64,000 nucleotides of DNA from an uncultured Dehalococcoidia bacterium (GCA_964418665.1 CAYQLZ010000002.1:33615-97614); one strand, 5' to 3'. Numbered from the stretch's first letter, positions 37,742-47,412 are shown. Made by a program: numbers and translations. The notes: generated from the letters alone by a model not told the origin.

Positions 37742-38635
37742 CTACAGCAGTGGAAACTGCTCGGCGACTTTTTGCGCCGAACTGGAATCGCCCACGCTTG
37801 CCGTCCTTGCCTGACGGTCGATGCGCTTCACCAGTCCCGAAAGGACCCGGCCGGGGCCGAACTCCACAAAGGTTGTCACACCCATGTCAATCATGAATTC
37901 CACGGACTGCTTCCACTGTACGCAGTTGCAGATCTGGTCCTCCAACTCCTGCTTAATCTCCTCACCGGTGGTTATCTGTTGACCGGAGAGGTTTGCCACT
38001 ATGGGCGCTTTCGGGGAGTTGAATGTGCTCCCATCCAGGGCCTTGTTCAGGCCGTCCTGAGCCGGGGCCATCAGGTGGGAGTGGAATGCTCCGGCCACCG
38101 CAAGAGGAATCACCCTCCTGGCACCTGCGGCCTTGGCCGAGTCCATGGCCACCTGCAAGGCGACCTTGTCTCCGCTGATGACTATCTGGTCATGGGAGTT
38201 GACGTTGGCTATCTCAACGCCTGCATCCCGGCAAACTTCTGCCAGGGTTTCCTCATCCAGTCCTAACACCGCGGCCATGCCGCCTGAACGGCTCTCTGCC
38301 GCCATCTGCATCAGGCTTCCTCGACGCTGCACCAGCTGGATCCCGTCTACCAGGTCCAGCGCGCCGGAGGCAACCAGGGATGTGTACTCACCCAAGCTGT
38401 GTCCCGCAAACGCCACCGGCGCGGCGGGTTCGCACAAATCAAGCTCCTCGAAGGCGGCTAGAGACGCCAGAGAGGTCGCCATTATGGCGGGCTGAGAGTT
38501 CACGGTCTTCTCCAAGTCGCAGGAAGGCCCGTCGAACATCAGCTTGGTTAGGGAAAAGGATAAGGACTCGTCTACGGTATCAAAGACTTCTCTTGCCCGC
38601 CGGGAGGTCTTGTAGAGTTCCTGACCCATCCCCAC
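37742..38635 (-). CDS. fabD: malonyl CoA-ACP transacylase; the true start probably lies upstream of the first canonical start codon (see findings)
   Basis: [16 protein letters not shown] active site. The first canonical start is GTG 38633-38635, but the conserved IAFIFPGQGSQF is in frame just upstream. Confidence 0.9.
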   Translation of the reverse strand: MGMGQELYKTSRRAREVFDTVDESLSFSLTKLMFDGPSCDLEKTVNSQPAIMATSLASLAAFEELDLCEPAAPVAFAGHSLGEYTSLVASGALDLVDGIQLVQRRGSLMQMAAESRSGGMAAVLGLDEETLAEVCRDAGVEIANVNSHDQIVISGDKVALQVAMDSAKAAGARRVIPLAVAGAFHSHLMAPAQDGLNKALDGSTFNSPKAPIVANLSGQQITTGEEIKQELEDQICNCVQWKQSVEFMIDMGVTTFVEFGPGRVLSGLVKRIDRQARTASVGDSSSAQKVAEQFPLL

Positions 38636-38773
38636 GAACTGAGAACCCTGGCCTGGGAATATAAAAGCTATTCCAGGCTTGCTTTGTGTTTTCGTAACGT
38701 CCCCCTTAACGAATTTGATGTAGTAAGACTCAAAAAATGGTTTTCCAAGTTAGAGAGGGTTGCTGGGATTCCG

Positions 38774-38971
38774 TTATATTTCTTCGTCTTCACCTCCTAC
38801 TCTGAATACTTGCCGACCCTTGTAGAACCCACACTTGGGGCAGGCCCGGTGGGGAAGTTTGGCCGCGCGGCATTGCGGACAAAGGGAAAGATTTGGCGGG
38901 GTGAGTCGGTACGCCTGATGTTTCCGGCCACTTCTGGCTCGGCTCAGTTTTCTGGTTGGTAGGGCTCCCAT
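38774..38971 (-). CDS. rpmF: 50S ribosomal protein L32
   Basis: MGALPTRKLSRARSGRKHQAYRLTPPNLSLCPQCRAAKLPHRACPKCGFY. The start overlaps the yceD-like stop (TAATG). Confidence 0.9.
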   Translation of the reverse strand: MGALPTRKLSRARSGRKHQAYRLTPPNLSLCPQCRAAKLPHRACPKCGFYKGRQVFRVGGEDEEI

Positions 38972-39492
38972 TAGCGGTCTCTCTCTCCGGTAGATCCCAG
39001 GGCCGCCAGCTCTCCCCAACGTGGGTCCGGCTGAAATTCCAGGTCCTGGGTCCGGCAATAGTGATTTTGTTTGTCTACGAAGATTCCGCAGTGGGAGCAA
39101 ATGCCCACGCATTGCGGACTGCACAGCAGCTTTGCGGGTAGGTTCAGAATGAGATGTTGTCGAAAAACCTCGCCCAAGTCAAGAATTCCGCCGATGTCAA
39201 CGTACAGTTCGGCGCTGTCTGCGTCGTCTGAATTCGGCTCTTCCGTCCGGCACAGCTCGGTGAATTCTGCGGAAACTGGTTGTCGATAGGTCCGGAGGCA
39301 CCTGTCGCAAAGCTGCAACATTTCCGTGTTCAAGCGAGCCTCGGCCCAAACGCCGCGGTTGAAACGGGTCAACCGCAAATGTCCCCGAATCCGCTCGCCC
39401 CACACCGGCTCCGCGGTTCCCACCTCGTCTACCTCCACCCCCCAGCGGCTGCCCACGGGTTCCCGTAAGAGATAAGAAACGTCGTATTTCAT
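38971..39492 (-). CDS. YceD/DUF177-family protein
   Basis: Start at ATG 39490-39492 (MKYDVSYLLRE...). CDRCL...CSPQCVGICSHCG metal-binding pattern. Conserved pairing with rpmF. Confidence 0.85.
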   Translation of the reverse strand: MKYDVSYLLREPVGSRWGVEVDEVGTAEPVWGERIRGHLRLTRFNRGVWAEARLNTEMLQLCDRCLRTYRQPVSAEFTELCRTEEPNSDDADSAELYVDIGGILDLGEVFRQHLILNLPAKLLCSPQCVGICSHCGIFVDKQNHYCRTQDLEFQPDPRWGELAALGSTGERDR

Positions 39493-39624
39493 AAAGTACT
39501 GGACGCCTTGTGAAAGACGGCACATTATAGGTTTACAAATAATCTTCTGTCAAGGATTCCCGATGTTTCAGGTAGGAATTGTTGGTTTGTTCATCGGAGC
39601 AAGGTTCCTGCAGTCAGAACCAAT

Positions 39625-39906
39625 TTACCCAGAGGTTTGACCGTTTAAGAATGCCAGTAGCAAAATGTAGCCATGGCGATGGACTGTTGCGTTGCGGAAT
39701 CCAGGTCGTAGCCAAGGTTGGTTGCTATTGATCTTCAGGGTGAGGGTTGTGGCATGCTCCTCAGCCGTAATCCGGTTCAGGCCCTGGGCGTCCACAATTC
39801 CGGTTTCGGAGTTGATGACCGCTATCGTCGTAGTCGCTGCCGCCACAAGTGCCATCATTAAAACCAGCCGATAGGATAGCCTCAGAGATCCAGCAACAAG
39901 GCCCAC
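39625..39906 (-). CDS. hypothetical small secreted protein (weak call)
   Basis: 93 aa with an N-terminal hydrophobic segment. Lies in a lower-GC spacer. No recognisable motif. Confidence 0.3.
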   Translation of the reverse strand: MGLVAGSLRLSYRLVLMMALVAAATTTIAVINSETGIVDAQGLNRITAEEHATTLTLKINSNQPWLRPGFRNATVHRHGYILLLAFLNGQTSG

Positions 39907-39933
39907 AGATTCTCTGCGGGTGATGCTTCAAGC

Positions 39934-40338
39934 CTAGTCCTCGAAATTCTCCCTGATGAACCTCACAATATCCCTCGTGGATGCCCCCGGCCCGAATATT
40001 CCGCGCAGTCCCATTTCACGCAGTTTCGGGTGGTCTTCCAGGGGAATGATGCCCCCGGCCAGCACCACCACGTCATCCATGCCGTTCTCCCTGAGGCCCG
40101 ACAGAATCTCTGGAAATAGCTCCATGTGCGCGCCGGATAGAATACTCAGGCCGATTACGTCCACGTCTTCCTGGAGTGCCGTCTCCACGATCATCTGAGG
40201 CGTCTGGCGAATTCCGGTGTACACCACCTCCATGCCCGCGTCCCGCAGCGCCCGGGCGATGACCTTTGCCCCCCGGTCGTGACCGTCCAGCCCCGGTTTC
40301 GCTACCAGCACTCGTATTATTCGTTCCGCTTCAGCCAT
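39934..40338 (-). CDS. methylmalonyl-CoA mutase, cobalamin-binding small subunit
   Basis: [34 protein letters not shown] (DxHxxG B12 motif). Confidence 0.9.
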   Translation of the reverse strand: MAEAERIIRVLVAKPGLDGHDRGAKVIARALRDAGMEVVYTGIRQTPQMIVETALQEDVDVIGLSILSGAHMELFPEILSGLRENGMDDVVVLAGGIIPLEDHPKLREMGLRGIFGPGASTRDIVRFIRENFED

Positions 40339-40340
40339 AA

Positions 40341-40775
40341 CTATTCCTGCTCCTCCACACTCTGCACCAGTTCCGTCAGCACCCCGTGTGTCGACTTGGG
40401 GTGGATGAAAGCGATGATTCCCGAAAGCCCCTCCCGGGGCGCTTCGTCTATCATCTGCAACCCCTGTGACTTTGCTGCCTCAATCCCCTCTGCCACGTTC
40501 TTCACGTTGAACGCCAGGTGATGCAGGCCCTCCCCGCGACGCTCAATGAACCGACCCACCGAGGTATCCGGCCCGGTGGGCTGCAGCAGCTCCAGCCGCG
40601 TCTGCCCCACTTCAATCAAGCAGGCCTTGACCCCCTGGTCTTCCAGCTCCTCAATCGGTGCAGGTGGCACGCCGAACGTCTCAACGAAGAAAGCCATGGC
40701 CACGTCGATGTCGGATACCGCCACTCCTACGTGGTCCATGTAATCGACCACGCATGTCCTCTTTGCATCCATCAT
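40341..40775 (-). CDS. mce: methylmalonyl-CoA epimerase (VOC/glyoxalase fold)
   Basis: [17 protein letters not shown]...[11 protein letters not shown]...[15 protein letters not shown]. The ATG overlaps the upstream stop (ATGA). Confidence 0.85.
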   Translation of the reverse strand: MMDAKRTCVVDYMDHVGVAVSDIDVAMAFFVETFGVPPAPIEELEDQGVKACLIEVGQTRLELLQPTGPDTSVGRFIERRGEGLHHLAFNVKNVAEGIEAAKSQGLQMIDEAPREGLSGIIAFIHPKSTHGVLTELVQSVEEQE

Positions 40776-41926
40776 AACTGGAACTTCTTCAACATCTGGC
40801 GCGCAATCACGATTCGCTGCACTTCCGAAGTCCCTTCGTAGATGCTCGTGACTCGCGCGTCCCGGAAGTATCGTTCCACGTCCGCCTCCTTGAAGTAGCC
40901 GTAGCCGCCGTGAATCTGAAGGGCGTTGCTGCACACCCGGAAGCAGGCCTCGGATGCGTACAGCTTGGCCATGGACGCCGCGTCCAGGTACGGCTCGTTC
41001 CGGTCCTTCAGCGTGGCGGCGTGCATCGTCATCGTCTGGCTGGCGTAGATGTCCGTGGCCATGTCTGCGAGCATGAACTGGATGGCCTGGTGCTCGGCGA
41101 TGGGCTTGCCGAAGGTGTGACGCTGCTGGGCATACTTTACCGCCGCCTCGAAGGCCGCCATGGCTATGCCAATGCACTGGGCCGCTATAACTATCCGGCT
41201 GGAATCCAGGATCTGCATGGCGTATCGGAAACCCTGTCCCACCTGTCCCAGCAGGTTCTCTCGGGGCACCTCCAAGTCTTCGAAGGTCATCTCCACAGTG
41301 TTGGACCCCCGCATCCCCATCTTCCCGTGCTGCTTGTTCGTCTGAAGTCCGTCCGACTCCCCGTCGACGACAAAGGCAGTCACCCCCCGGTGTCGCAGGC
41401 TCTTGTCCACGGTGGCGAACACCACCGTGGCGTTGGCCACGTCGCCGTTGGTGATGAAAATCTTGCTGCCGTTGAGCACAAACGCCCCGTTGCGCTCGGA
41501 AGCCGTCGTCTGCAAGGCGGCAGCGTCCGATCCCGATCCCGGCTCCGTCAACGCCCACGCGATGAGCTTGGAGCCGTCCACTCCTCCCGGAACGTACCGG
41601 GACCTCTGCTCTTCGTTGCCAAACTGGTTGATCGTCTCCAGTCCCAACGAACGGTGTGCCAGCAGGTTCACTGCAGACGCGGCGTCGCCCCGGGACACTT
41701 CCTGGATGGCGATGACCATCTGACGGTGGGTGCCACCGCTGCCGCCGAAGGCCGGGTCTACGCCGAGGCCCGCCAGTCCCAACCCGGTCATCCCGCGCCA
41801 CACGTCCCAGTCGAACTGCTCCTCCTCGTCCATTCGCTGCGCCCGGGGTTTGAGTTCGTTGTCGGCGAACTCCCTCACTGCGGCCTGCAGCATCCGTTCC
41901 TCTTCAGTCAATAACAGGTCTACCAT
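40772..41926 (-). CDS. acyl-CoA dehydrogenase
   Basis: 384 aa. Canonical ACAD layout (ALTEPGSGSD, ...IHGGYGY..., EGTSEVQR). Confidence 0.9.
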   Translation of the reverse strand: MVDLLLTEEERMLQAAVREFADNELKPRAQRMDEEEQFDWDVWRGMTGLGLAGLGVDPAFGGSGGTHRQMVIAIQEVSRGDAASAVNLLAHRSLGLETINQFGNEEQRSRYVPGGVDGSKLIAWALTEPGSGSDAAALQTTASERNGAFVLNGSKIFITNGDVANATVVFATVDKSLRHRGVTAFVVDGESDGLQTNKQHGKMGMRGSNTVEMTFEDLEVPRENLLGQVGQGFRYAMQILDSSRIVIAAQCIGIAMAAFEAAVKYAQQRHTFGKPIAEHQAIQFMLADMATDIYASQTMTMHAATLKDRNEPYLDAASMAKLYASEACFRVCSNALQIHGGYGYFKEADVERYFRDARVTSIYEGTSEVQRIVIARQMLKKFQL

Positions 41927-42071
41927 AGTGGTCCTCTTGATTCTTGAATTGGCGATGGCCGAATGCGCCGCCGCCGTTCATCTATAATTTATAACAGAAT
42001 ACGGCCCGTTCAGGACAATTTGACCTCCGGCCATCCCATTATCGAGAGACTGTGTGCCGAAACCCCTGGGG

Positions 42072-43847
42072 CTACAGACCCACCATCTCCCGCTGTTCCC
42101 CGAATACGCCGCGAAACACGTCGCAGATCTCTCCCAGGGTGCAGTAGCTCTGAACACACTCCAGAATCGCTTCTACCGTGTTCTCGTCGGATCTGGCCAC
42201 TGCTTCCAATCGCGCCAGCGACGCCGACACCGCCGAACCGTCCCGCTCCCGGCGTACTCTGGCTAGCCGCTCCGTCTGCTGGCGAGCCGCCTCTTCGTCC
42301 ACCTTCAGCAGCCCGCCCGTGGGCGCGTCCTCCGTCCGGTACTTGTTCACCCCCACGATAACCCGGCCGCCTGACTCGACCTCCATCTGGTGCCGATACG
42401 CCGCTTGGTGGATCTCCCCGGTCTGGAACCCGTTCTCCAGCGCAGTAACCGCACCACCCATGTCGTCGATGCTGCGGATATACTCCCACGCCTCCTCCTC
42501 CAGCCGCCGTGTCAGGTCCTCAACGTAATAGGAGCCCCCCAGCGGGTCCACCACGTCGGCGATGCCCGTCTCGTGAGCGAGAATCTGCTGTGTCCGCAGG
42601 GAGATCTGCACCGACTCCTCCGAGGGCAGCGAAAGCGCCTCGTCCCTGGAGTTCACGTGCAATGACTGAGTCCCTCCCAGCACCGCAGCCAAAGCCTGCA
42701 GGGTCGTCCGCACCACGTTGTTGTCCGGCTGCTGCGCCGTAAGCGTCACCCCCGCGGTCTGCGTGTGGAATCGCAGCCGCATGGACCGGGGGTTCTTCGC
42801 CCCGAAACGGTCCTTCATTATGCGGGCCCACGTCCGACGGGCGGCCCGAAACTTCGCCGCCTCCTCGAAGATGTTGTTGTGCGACACGAAGAAGAAAGAC
42901 ACTCGCCCGGCGAATTCGTCCACGTCCAGACCCGCGTCCACCGCCGCCTGCACGTACTCGATGGCGTTGGCGAAGGTGAACGCCAACTCCTGCGCCGCCG
43001 TGGCCCCCGCCTCCCGCATGTGGTAACCGCTGACGCTGATGGTGTTCCAACGCGGAATGTGCTCGGAGCAGTATTTGAAAACGTCCACTACCAGCCGCAT
43101 GGAAGGCTTTGGCGGGTAGATGTAGGTGCCGCGGGCGATGTACTCCTTCAGAATGTCGTTCTGCAGGGTGCCGCTGATCCTGAAAAGCGGAACTCCCCGC
43201 TTCTTCGCAACCGCCGAGTACAGGCACAGAAGCACCGATGCCGTCGCGTTGATTGTCATGGACGTGCTGACCTTGTCGAGAGGGATGCCCTCCAGCAGGG
43301 TCTCCATGTCCTCCAGGTGGCAGATGGGAACCCCCACCTTGCCCACCTCTCCTCGCGCCAGCGGATGGTCGGAGTCGTAGCCAATCTGCGTGGGCAGATC
43401 GAACGCCACGGAAAGCCCCGTCTGGCCCTGGTCCAGCAGGTACCGATATCGACGATTCGACTCCTCCGCCGTCGCGTATCCCGAATACTGGCGCATGGTC
43501 CACAGCCGGCCCCGGTACATGGTGGGCTGGACGCCGCGAGTGAAGGGATACTCGCCGGGGTTGCCCAGGTCTCGTTGGTGGTCGAAGCCGCGGGTGGAAA
43601 GATCGTCTTCCGTGTAGACCGCGTCCACCTCCAGCCCCGACTCTGTGACGAAATCGTCGCGACGCTGAGACCGAGCTTTCAAAGCCGGGTCAAGCGTCTG
43701 CCGCCGCCACTGTTCTTTGTCGCTGCTCCCCAAGCCTATCGTTCCTCCATCACTGGCTACCCCAATTCTAACCCCCACCCTCCATCCCCTCAACCATCCC
43801 GACTCCTCCGCTGCTGAAGACACCCGAAGAAAGTGGACATTCCCCAT
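42072..43847 (-). CDS. methylmalonyl-CoA mutase, large (catalytic) subunit
   Basis: [35 protein letters not shown]...[13 protein letters not shown]. The start is uncertain; the N-terminal approximately 40 aa may not be translated. Confidence 0.9.
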   Translation of the reverse strand: MGNVHFLRVSSAAEESGWLRGWRVGVRIGVASDGGTIGLGSSDKEQWRRQTLDPALKARSQRRDDFVTESGLEVDAVYTEDDLSTRGFDHQRDLGNPGEYPFTRGVQPTMYRGRLWTMRQYSGYATAEESNRRYRYLLDQGQTGLSVAFDLPTQIGYDSDHPLARGEVGKVGVPICHLEDMETLLEGIPLDKVSTSMTINATASVLLCLYSAVAKKRGVPLFRISGTLQNDILKEYIARGTYIYPPKPSMRLVVDVFKYCSEHIPRWNTISVSGYHMREAGATAAQELAFTFANAIEYVQAAVDAGLDVDEFAGRVSFFFVSHNNIFEEAAKFRAARRTWARIMKDRFGAKNPRSMRLRFHTQTAGVTLTAQQPDNNVVRTTLQALAAVLGGTQSLHVNSRDEALSLPSEESVQISLRTQQILAHETGIADVVDPLGGSYYVEDLTRRLEEEAWEYIRSIDDMGGAVTALENGFQTGEIHQAAYRHQMEVESGGRVIVGVNKYRTEDAPTGGLLKVDEEAARQQTERLARVRRERDGSAVSASLARLEAVARSDENTVEAILECVQSYCTLGEICDVFRGVFGEQREMVGL

Positions 43848-44094
43848 GACAATGACAATATCAATGTCACGAAAACTTAGCTATAATTCACGCCCAGCAA
43901 AACCGTTTCATGGTCACGGTCAGTGGCACCCCAGTGGCAGGCAACAAGCGGGGTAGACCTCCGAGTGATCTTTGTAGTCAATTGTGTCAAAGGGGAGAAG
44001 ATGCTTTACTAGGCTTGATGTCGTTGCGGTGCAGTGGGGAACCTTGTTAAACACATTTGGTTGAAGTTGTCTCCTCTATCAGATACCCTTTACA

Positions 44095-44565
44095 TTGCAA
44101 AGGCTACTGGGGAGACAGACGCCACTGGAACAGAATAATTCGGAAAGGGAGTCGATCTGGAGTGTACCTAGAGCAACAAAAGCTTGGTATTTTGGGATCT
44201 TTTCTCTCCAGTTCTTGGTTGGAGCCGCTGTGCTGCTCGCGAGGACAGCTTCTGAATCCTATAACTTATCCGAGTTCGTCATTAGGTCGACTGGCTACCT
44301 GGCGCCATTGGCTGTCGCAGATGCCGCGTTGTCGTTAGTTATTGTTGAGGTATGGGGGATAATTGGTGCTACAATTAGTTTGGTCAGGAGGTTGCTGATG
44401 GTACTCGGCGAGTACATTAGGAAGAAGTTCAATTTAGACGAAAAGAAAGATGAGTCTGGTCACGCTAAGCCGGTCCCTCAGGATGCCCATCGCGTTGACC
44501 GTCCTCCTAGGGCATTTCGCAGTACTCCCCCGGGCAAAGTAAGGATTGAGGATAGCGAAGAATAG
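44095..44565 (+). CDS. hypothetical membrane protein (2-3 predicted TM helices)
   Basis: 156 aa, TTG start, in a lower-GC cassette. WYFGIFSLQFLVGAAVLLA and LAPLAVADAALSLVIVEVWGIIGATISLV. Confidence 0.4.
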   Translation: MQRLLGRQTPLEQNNSERESIWSVPRATKAWYFGIFSLQFLVGAAVLLARTASESYNLSEFVIRSTGYLAPLAVADAALSLVIVEVWGIIGATISLVRRLLMVLGEYIRKKFNLDEKKDESGHAKPVPQDAHRVDRPPRAFRSTPPGKVRIEDSEE

Positions 44566-44566
44566 C

Positions 44567-44908
44567 ATGGTAGTCTCTTGGGTCAAGTGTCAGGGAGGCC
44601 AATTCTGTCCACTAGAGACAGTCGATCTTTCTGGTGTTAACGGTAATGGAGTCTATATCATATGGCACAACCTGTCGGCCAAAGTAATCTATGTTGGTCA
44701 AGGCAACATTGCTGATCGTCTAAACGCTCACCAGTCGTCCGCGGAGATTCTAGCCCACAGAGGGTCTGGCCTTTTGTTGGTTACCTGGGCTGAAATTGAA
44801 AATCACTCTCATCGGCTAGGCATCGAGCGGTACCTGCATCGCGTATTTTCGCCGTTGAATTCGACCTGCAACCCTGGACAAGAGATAGAAGTCAATTTAC
44901 CCGAATAG
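44567..44908 (+). CDS. GIY-YIG nuclease-superfamily domain protein
   Basis: GVYIIWHNLSAKVIYVGQGNIADRLNAH...GIERYL fits the GIY-x10-YIG, Arg and Glu signature. The ATG is 1 nt after the upstream stop. Confidence 0.6.
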   Translation: MVVSWVKCQGGQFCPLETVDLSGVNGNGVYIIWHNLSAKVIYVGQGNIADRLNAHQSSAEILAHRGSGLLLVTWAEIENHSHRLGIERYLHRVFSPLNSTCNPGQEIEVNLPE

Positions 44909-44977
44909 GGGGCTTTAGTGCCCGGTGTTCATTGTGACTCTGGGCTGAGCATTGGTTCATGCCGCCAATCTAGGGCC

Positions 44978-46111
44978 CTACCCCCGCAACCCCGCCGCCA
45001 GCCGTCGCCGGTGGAATCCGGCGTCCCCGTACAGCTGCTCCTGGACACGCGCTCGGCGCACAAACAACTGTAAATCGTGCTCTGCCGTAAACCCCACCGC
45101 CCCATGGCACTGCACCGCCTTTTCGCACACCCGCATATACGCATCGCTCACCCACGCCTTCCCCACCGACACCTCCCGGCTCGCCGGCAGCCCCTCGGAT
45201 ATCCGGGACGCCGCCTGGTACACCGCGTACCGGCTCCCCTCCAGGTCTATCGCCATATTAGCGCAGTGGTGCTGCAATGCCTGAAACGTCCCCACCGGAC
45301 GTCCAAACTGCACCCGGTCCTTCACATAGTCCAGCGTCATCTCCAGTACCGCCTCCGCGCCCCCCACCATCTCCAGCCCCTTGGCCGTCGCCGCCCGTTC
45401 CAACGCCCTTTCCAACACCGGCCATCCCTCGCCGATTTCTCCCAAAACCGAATCAGCCGATATTCGAACTCCGTCGAAATCCACTTGCGACTGCTTCTCC
45501 AACGTCATCGTCGCGTGGGGCGAAACAACAATCCCCTTCTCTTCCATAGGCACGACGAACAACGTAATCCCCTCCCTACCGTCCGACCCTGCCGAAGTCC
45601 GAGCCGCAACGATGGCGTAATCCGCTACGTGAGCGTCAGGCATGAAAAACTTCCGACCCGAAAGCACGAACTCCTCCCCTTCACGACGCGCCTCCATCCG
45701 GATCCCCTCTGCTTCGAATCCGCCCCGCTCCTCCGTCACCGCCAGCGTCATTCGCGTCTCTCCGCTGGCGATTCCCGGCAACAGCTTCGACTGCAACGCC
45801 TCGTCCCCGCCGTCCATCACCGTCAGAGCACCTAGCACCACCGTCGAGAAAAACGGCCCTGGAGTCAGGCCCCTTCCCATCTCCTCCAGCAGCACCCCCA
45901 GGTCGAGGAAGGACCCTCCCGCGCCGCCGAACTTCTCCGGCACGACCAGCCCCAGCCACCCCAAATCCGTCATGGACCCCCACAACTCCGGCGTGTAGCC
46001 CCGGTCGTCCAACTCCATCGCCCGCACCACCTCGAAGGAACACTCCTGGGCCAGCACCTCCCGGGCGCTGGTCTTCAACATCTGCTGAATTTCGTTTAAG
46101 GCTAAGTCCAC
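44978..46111 (-). CDS. acyl-CoA dehydrogenase family protein
   Basis: 377 aa. ACAD fold without some canonical catalytic motifs. Paired with the upstream ACAD gene. Confidence 0.85.
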   Translation of the reverse strand: MDLALNEIQQMLKTSAREVLAQECSFEVVRAMELDDRGYTPELWGSMTDLGWLGLVVPEKFGGAGGSFLDLGVLLEEMGRGLTPGPFFSTVVLGALTVMDGGDEALQSKLLPGIASGETRMTLAVTEERGGFEAEGIRMEARREGEEFVLSGRKFFMPDAHVADYAIVAARTSAGSDGREGITLFVVPMEEKGIVVSPHATMTLEKQSQVDFDGVRISADSVLGEIGEGWPVLERALERAATAKGLEMVGGAEAVLEMTLDYVKDRVQFGRPVGTFQALQHHCANMAIDLEGSRYAVYQAASRISEGLPASREVSVGKAWVSDAYMRVCEKAVQCHGAVGFTAEHDLQLFVRRARVQEQLYGDAGFHRRRLAAGLRG

Positions 46112-46136
46112 GCTAAAACCGTCCTGGCCATTAGTC

Positions 46137-46190
46137 CCTTCCCCTTCGATGGGGGAAGGTCAGGATGGGGGCGACTCCCCCTCGTCACCG
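46137..46190 (-). repeat. REP-like palindromic element, copy A
   Basis: Hairpin ccttcccc-ttcgatg-ggggaagg (46137-46159). The 20-nt core cgatgggggaaggtcaggat (46147-46166) is identical to 60671-60690. Confidence 0.7.
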
Positions 46191-47342
46191 GGGCAGGCCC
46201 AGCCCCCGGCTGGCAATAATATTCCGCTGTATCTCGGATGTTCCCGCGGCGATCGTATTCGAAAAACTGTGACGCCAAGCGTCCTGCACCCGGCCCGCCA
46301 GCGGCGCCCACCTGTCCTCCTCCGTCAACTGCCCGTACAACCCCAGCACCTTCATTCCCGTGTCCGCCACTCGCTGGAACGTCTCGCTGCCAAATACCTT
46401 GCTCATGGAAGCTTCCCGGTTGGGCACCATCCCCTGGCTCTGCATCCACGCCACCCGGTACGCCATCAGCCGCGCCACCTCCGCCTCCACGTACCGCTCC
46501 GTCAGCAAGTCCGCTACCCAATCCTCCATCCGTCCCCTCGACTCCCTGATGAACGCCGAAAGGTCGTCCAGCAACCTTCGACTGGTTGCGGCGTATTCGA
46601 TGCCGGACCGTTCGAAGTCCAACAGCGTCACCGCAACGTACCAGCCCCGGTCCTGCTCTCCCACCAGGTTCGTCTTCGGCACCTGCACGTCGTCGAAGAA
46701 CACCTCGTTGAACTCGTGGGTGCCCGCCATGTTCATTATCGGACGGACCTCCACGCCGGGCGACTTCATGTCCACCAGCAGGAAGCTGATTCCCCGGTGC
46801 TTGGACGCGTCCGGGTCCGTGCGGACCAGCACCATCATCCAGTCGGCGCGGTGGGCAAGCGAGGTCCAGACCTTGCTGCCGTTGACACGATAGTAGTCTC
46901 CCTCATCGTCAGCACGGGTGCTCAACGAGGCCAGGTCGGACCCCGACTGCGGTTCGCTGTAACCCTGGCACCACTGCACCTCACCCCGGGCGACGGGAGG
47001 CAGAAACCTGCGTTTCTGCTCCTCAGTGCCGTAAATCATCAACGTGGGACCCAGCATTCGCGCCCCAAAGGCGTCCCGGCCGGGCGCGCCCCGGTAGGAC
47101 ATCTCTTCATTGAATATCAGGCTGAGAATGGTCGAAGCCCCCTGGCCCCCGTATTCTTCCGGCCAGTGCATCGTCAACCAGCCCCGCTCGGCGAGTTTGC
47201 GACGCATCCTCAGGGTTTCTGCCCACTCCTCGTCGGGGGACGCAGGGGGGCCTCCGTCCCATCCCGCGGAATGCTCCGCGTCTAGAAATTCAAGCAGCTC
47301 CTGACGAAACCGCTCCTCGCTTTCACTAAAGCGAAAATCCAT
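46185..47342 (-). CDS. acyl-CoA dehydrogenase family protein
   Basis: 385 aa. GYSEPQSGSD...TSEIQRNII ACAD motifs. Confidence 0.85.
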   Translation of the reverse strand: MDFRFSESEERFRQELLEFLDAEHSAGWDGGPPASPDEEWAETLRMRRKLAERGWLTMHWPEEYGGQGASTILSLIFNEEMSYRGAPGRDAFGARMLGPTLMIYGTEEQKRRFLPPVARGEVQWCQGYSEPQSGSDLASLSTRADDEGDYYRVNGSKVWTSLAHRADWMMVLVRTDPDASKHRGISFLLVDMKSPGVEVRPIMNMAGTHEFNEVFFDDVQVPKTNLVGEQDRGWYVAVTLLDFERSGIEYAATSRRLLDDLSAFIRESRGRMEDWVADLLTERYVEAEVARLMAYRVAWMQSQGMVPNREASMSKVFGSETFQRVADTGMKVLGLYGQLTEEDRWAPLAGRVQDAWRHSFSNTIAAGTSEIQRNIIASRGLGLPR

Positions 47343-47368
47343 CTCCTGCTCTCACGCGAACCTTGAGG

Positions 47369-47412
47369 TCCCCTGAAGCGGGGAAATCAGGATCGCAGGC
47401 TTGAGCCGGTCC
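47369..47412 (-). repeat. REP-like palindromic element, degenerate copy C
   Basis: tcccc-tgaagc-gggga hairpin followed by aatcaggat. Sits directly 3' of the 47412 stop codon. Confidence 0.45.

Noticed and set aside
40341-41801. A 486-aa ORF spanning the epimerase and most of the acyl-CoA dehydrogenase region.
   Set aside because: Only the C-terminal 144 aa (40341-40775) look like a real protein (VOC-fold epimerase). The N-terminal part is a frame-shifted shadow of the ACAD gene at 40772-41926, and the ATGA junction supports two separate genes.
43848-44094. Short repeats (cagtggca twice, atgacaatgacaat) upstream of the mutase gene, as a possible riboswitch or att site.
   Set aside because: Too short and irregular. 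There is no match to the B12 riboswitch core I know, and no matching repeat at the other end of the low-GC insert (44909-44977).
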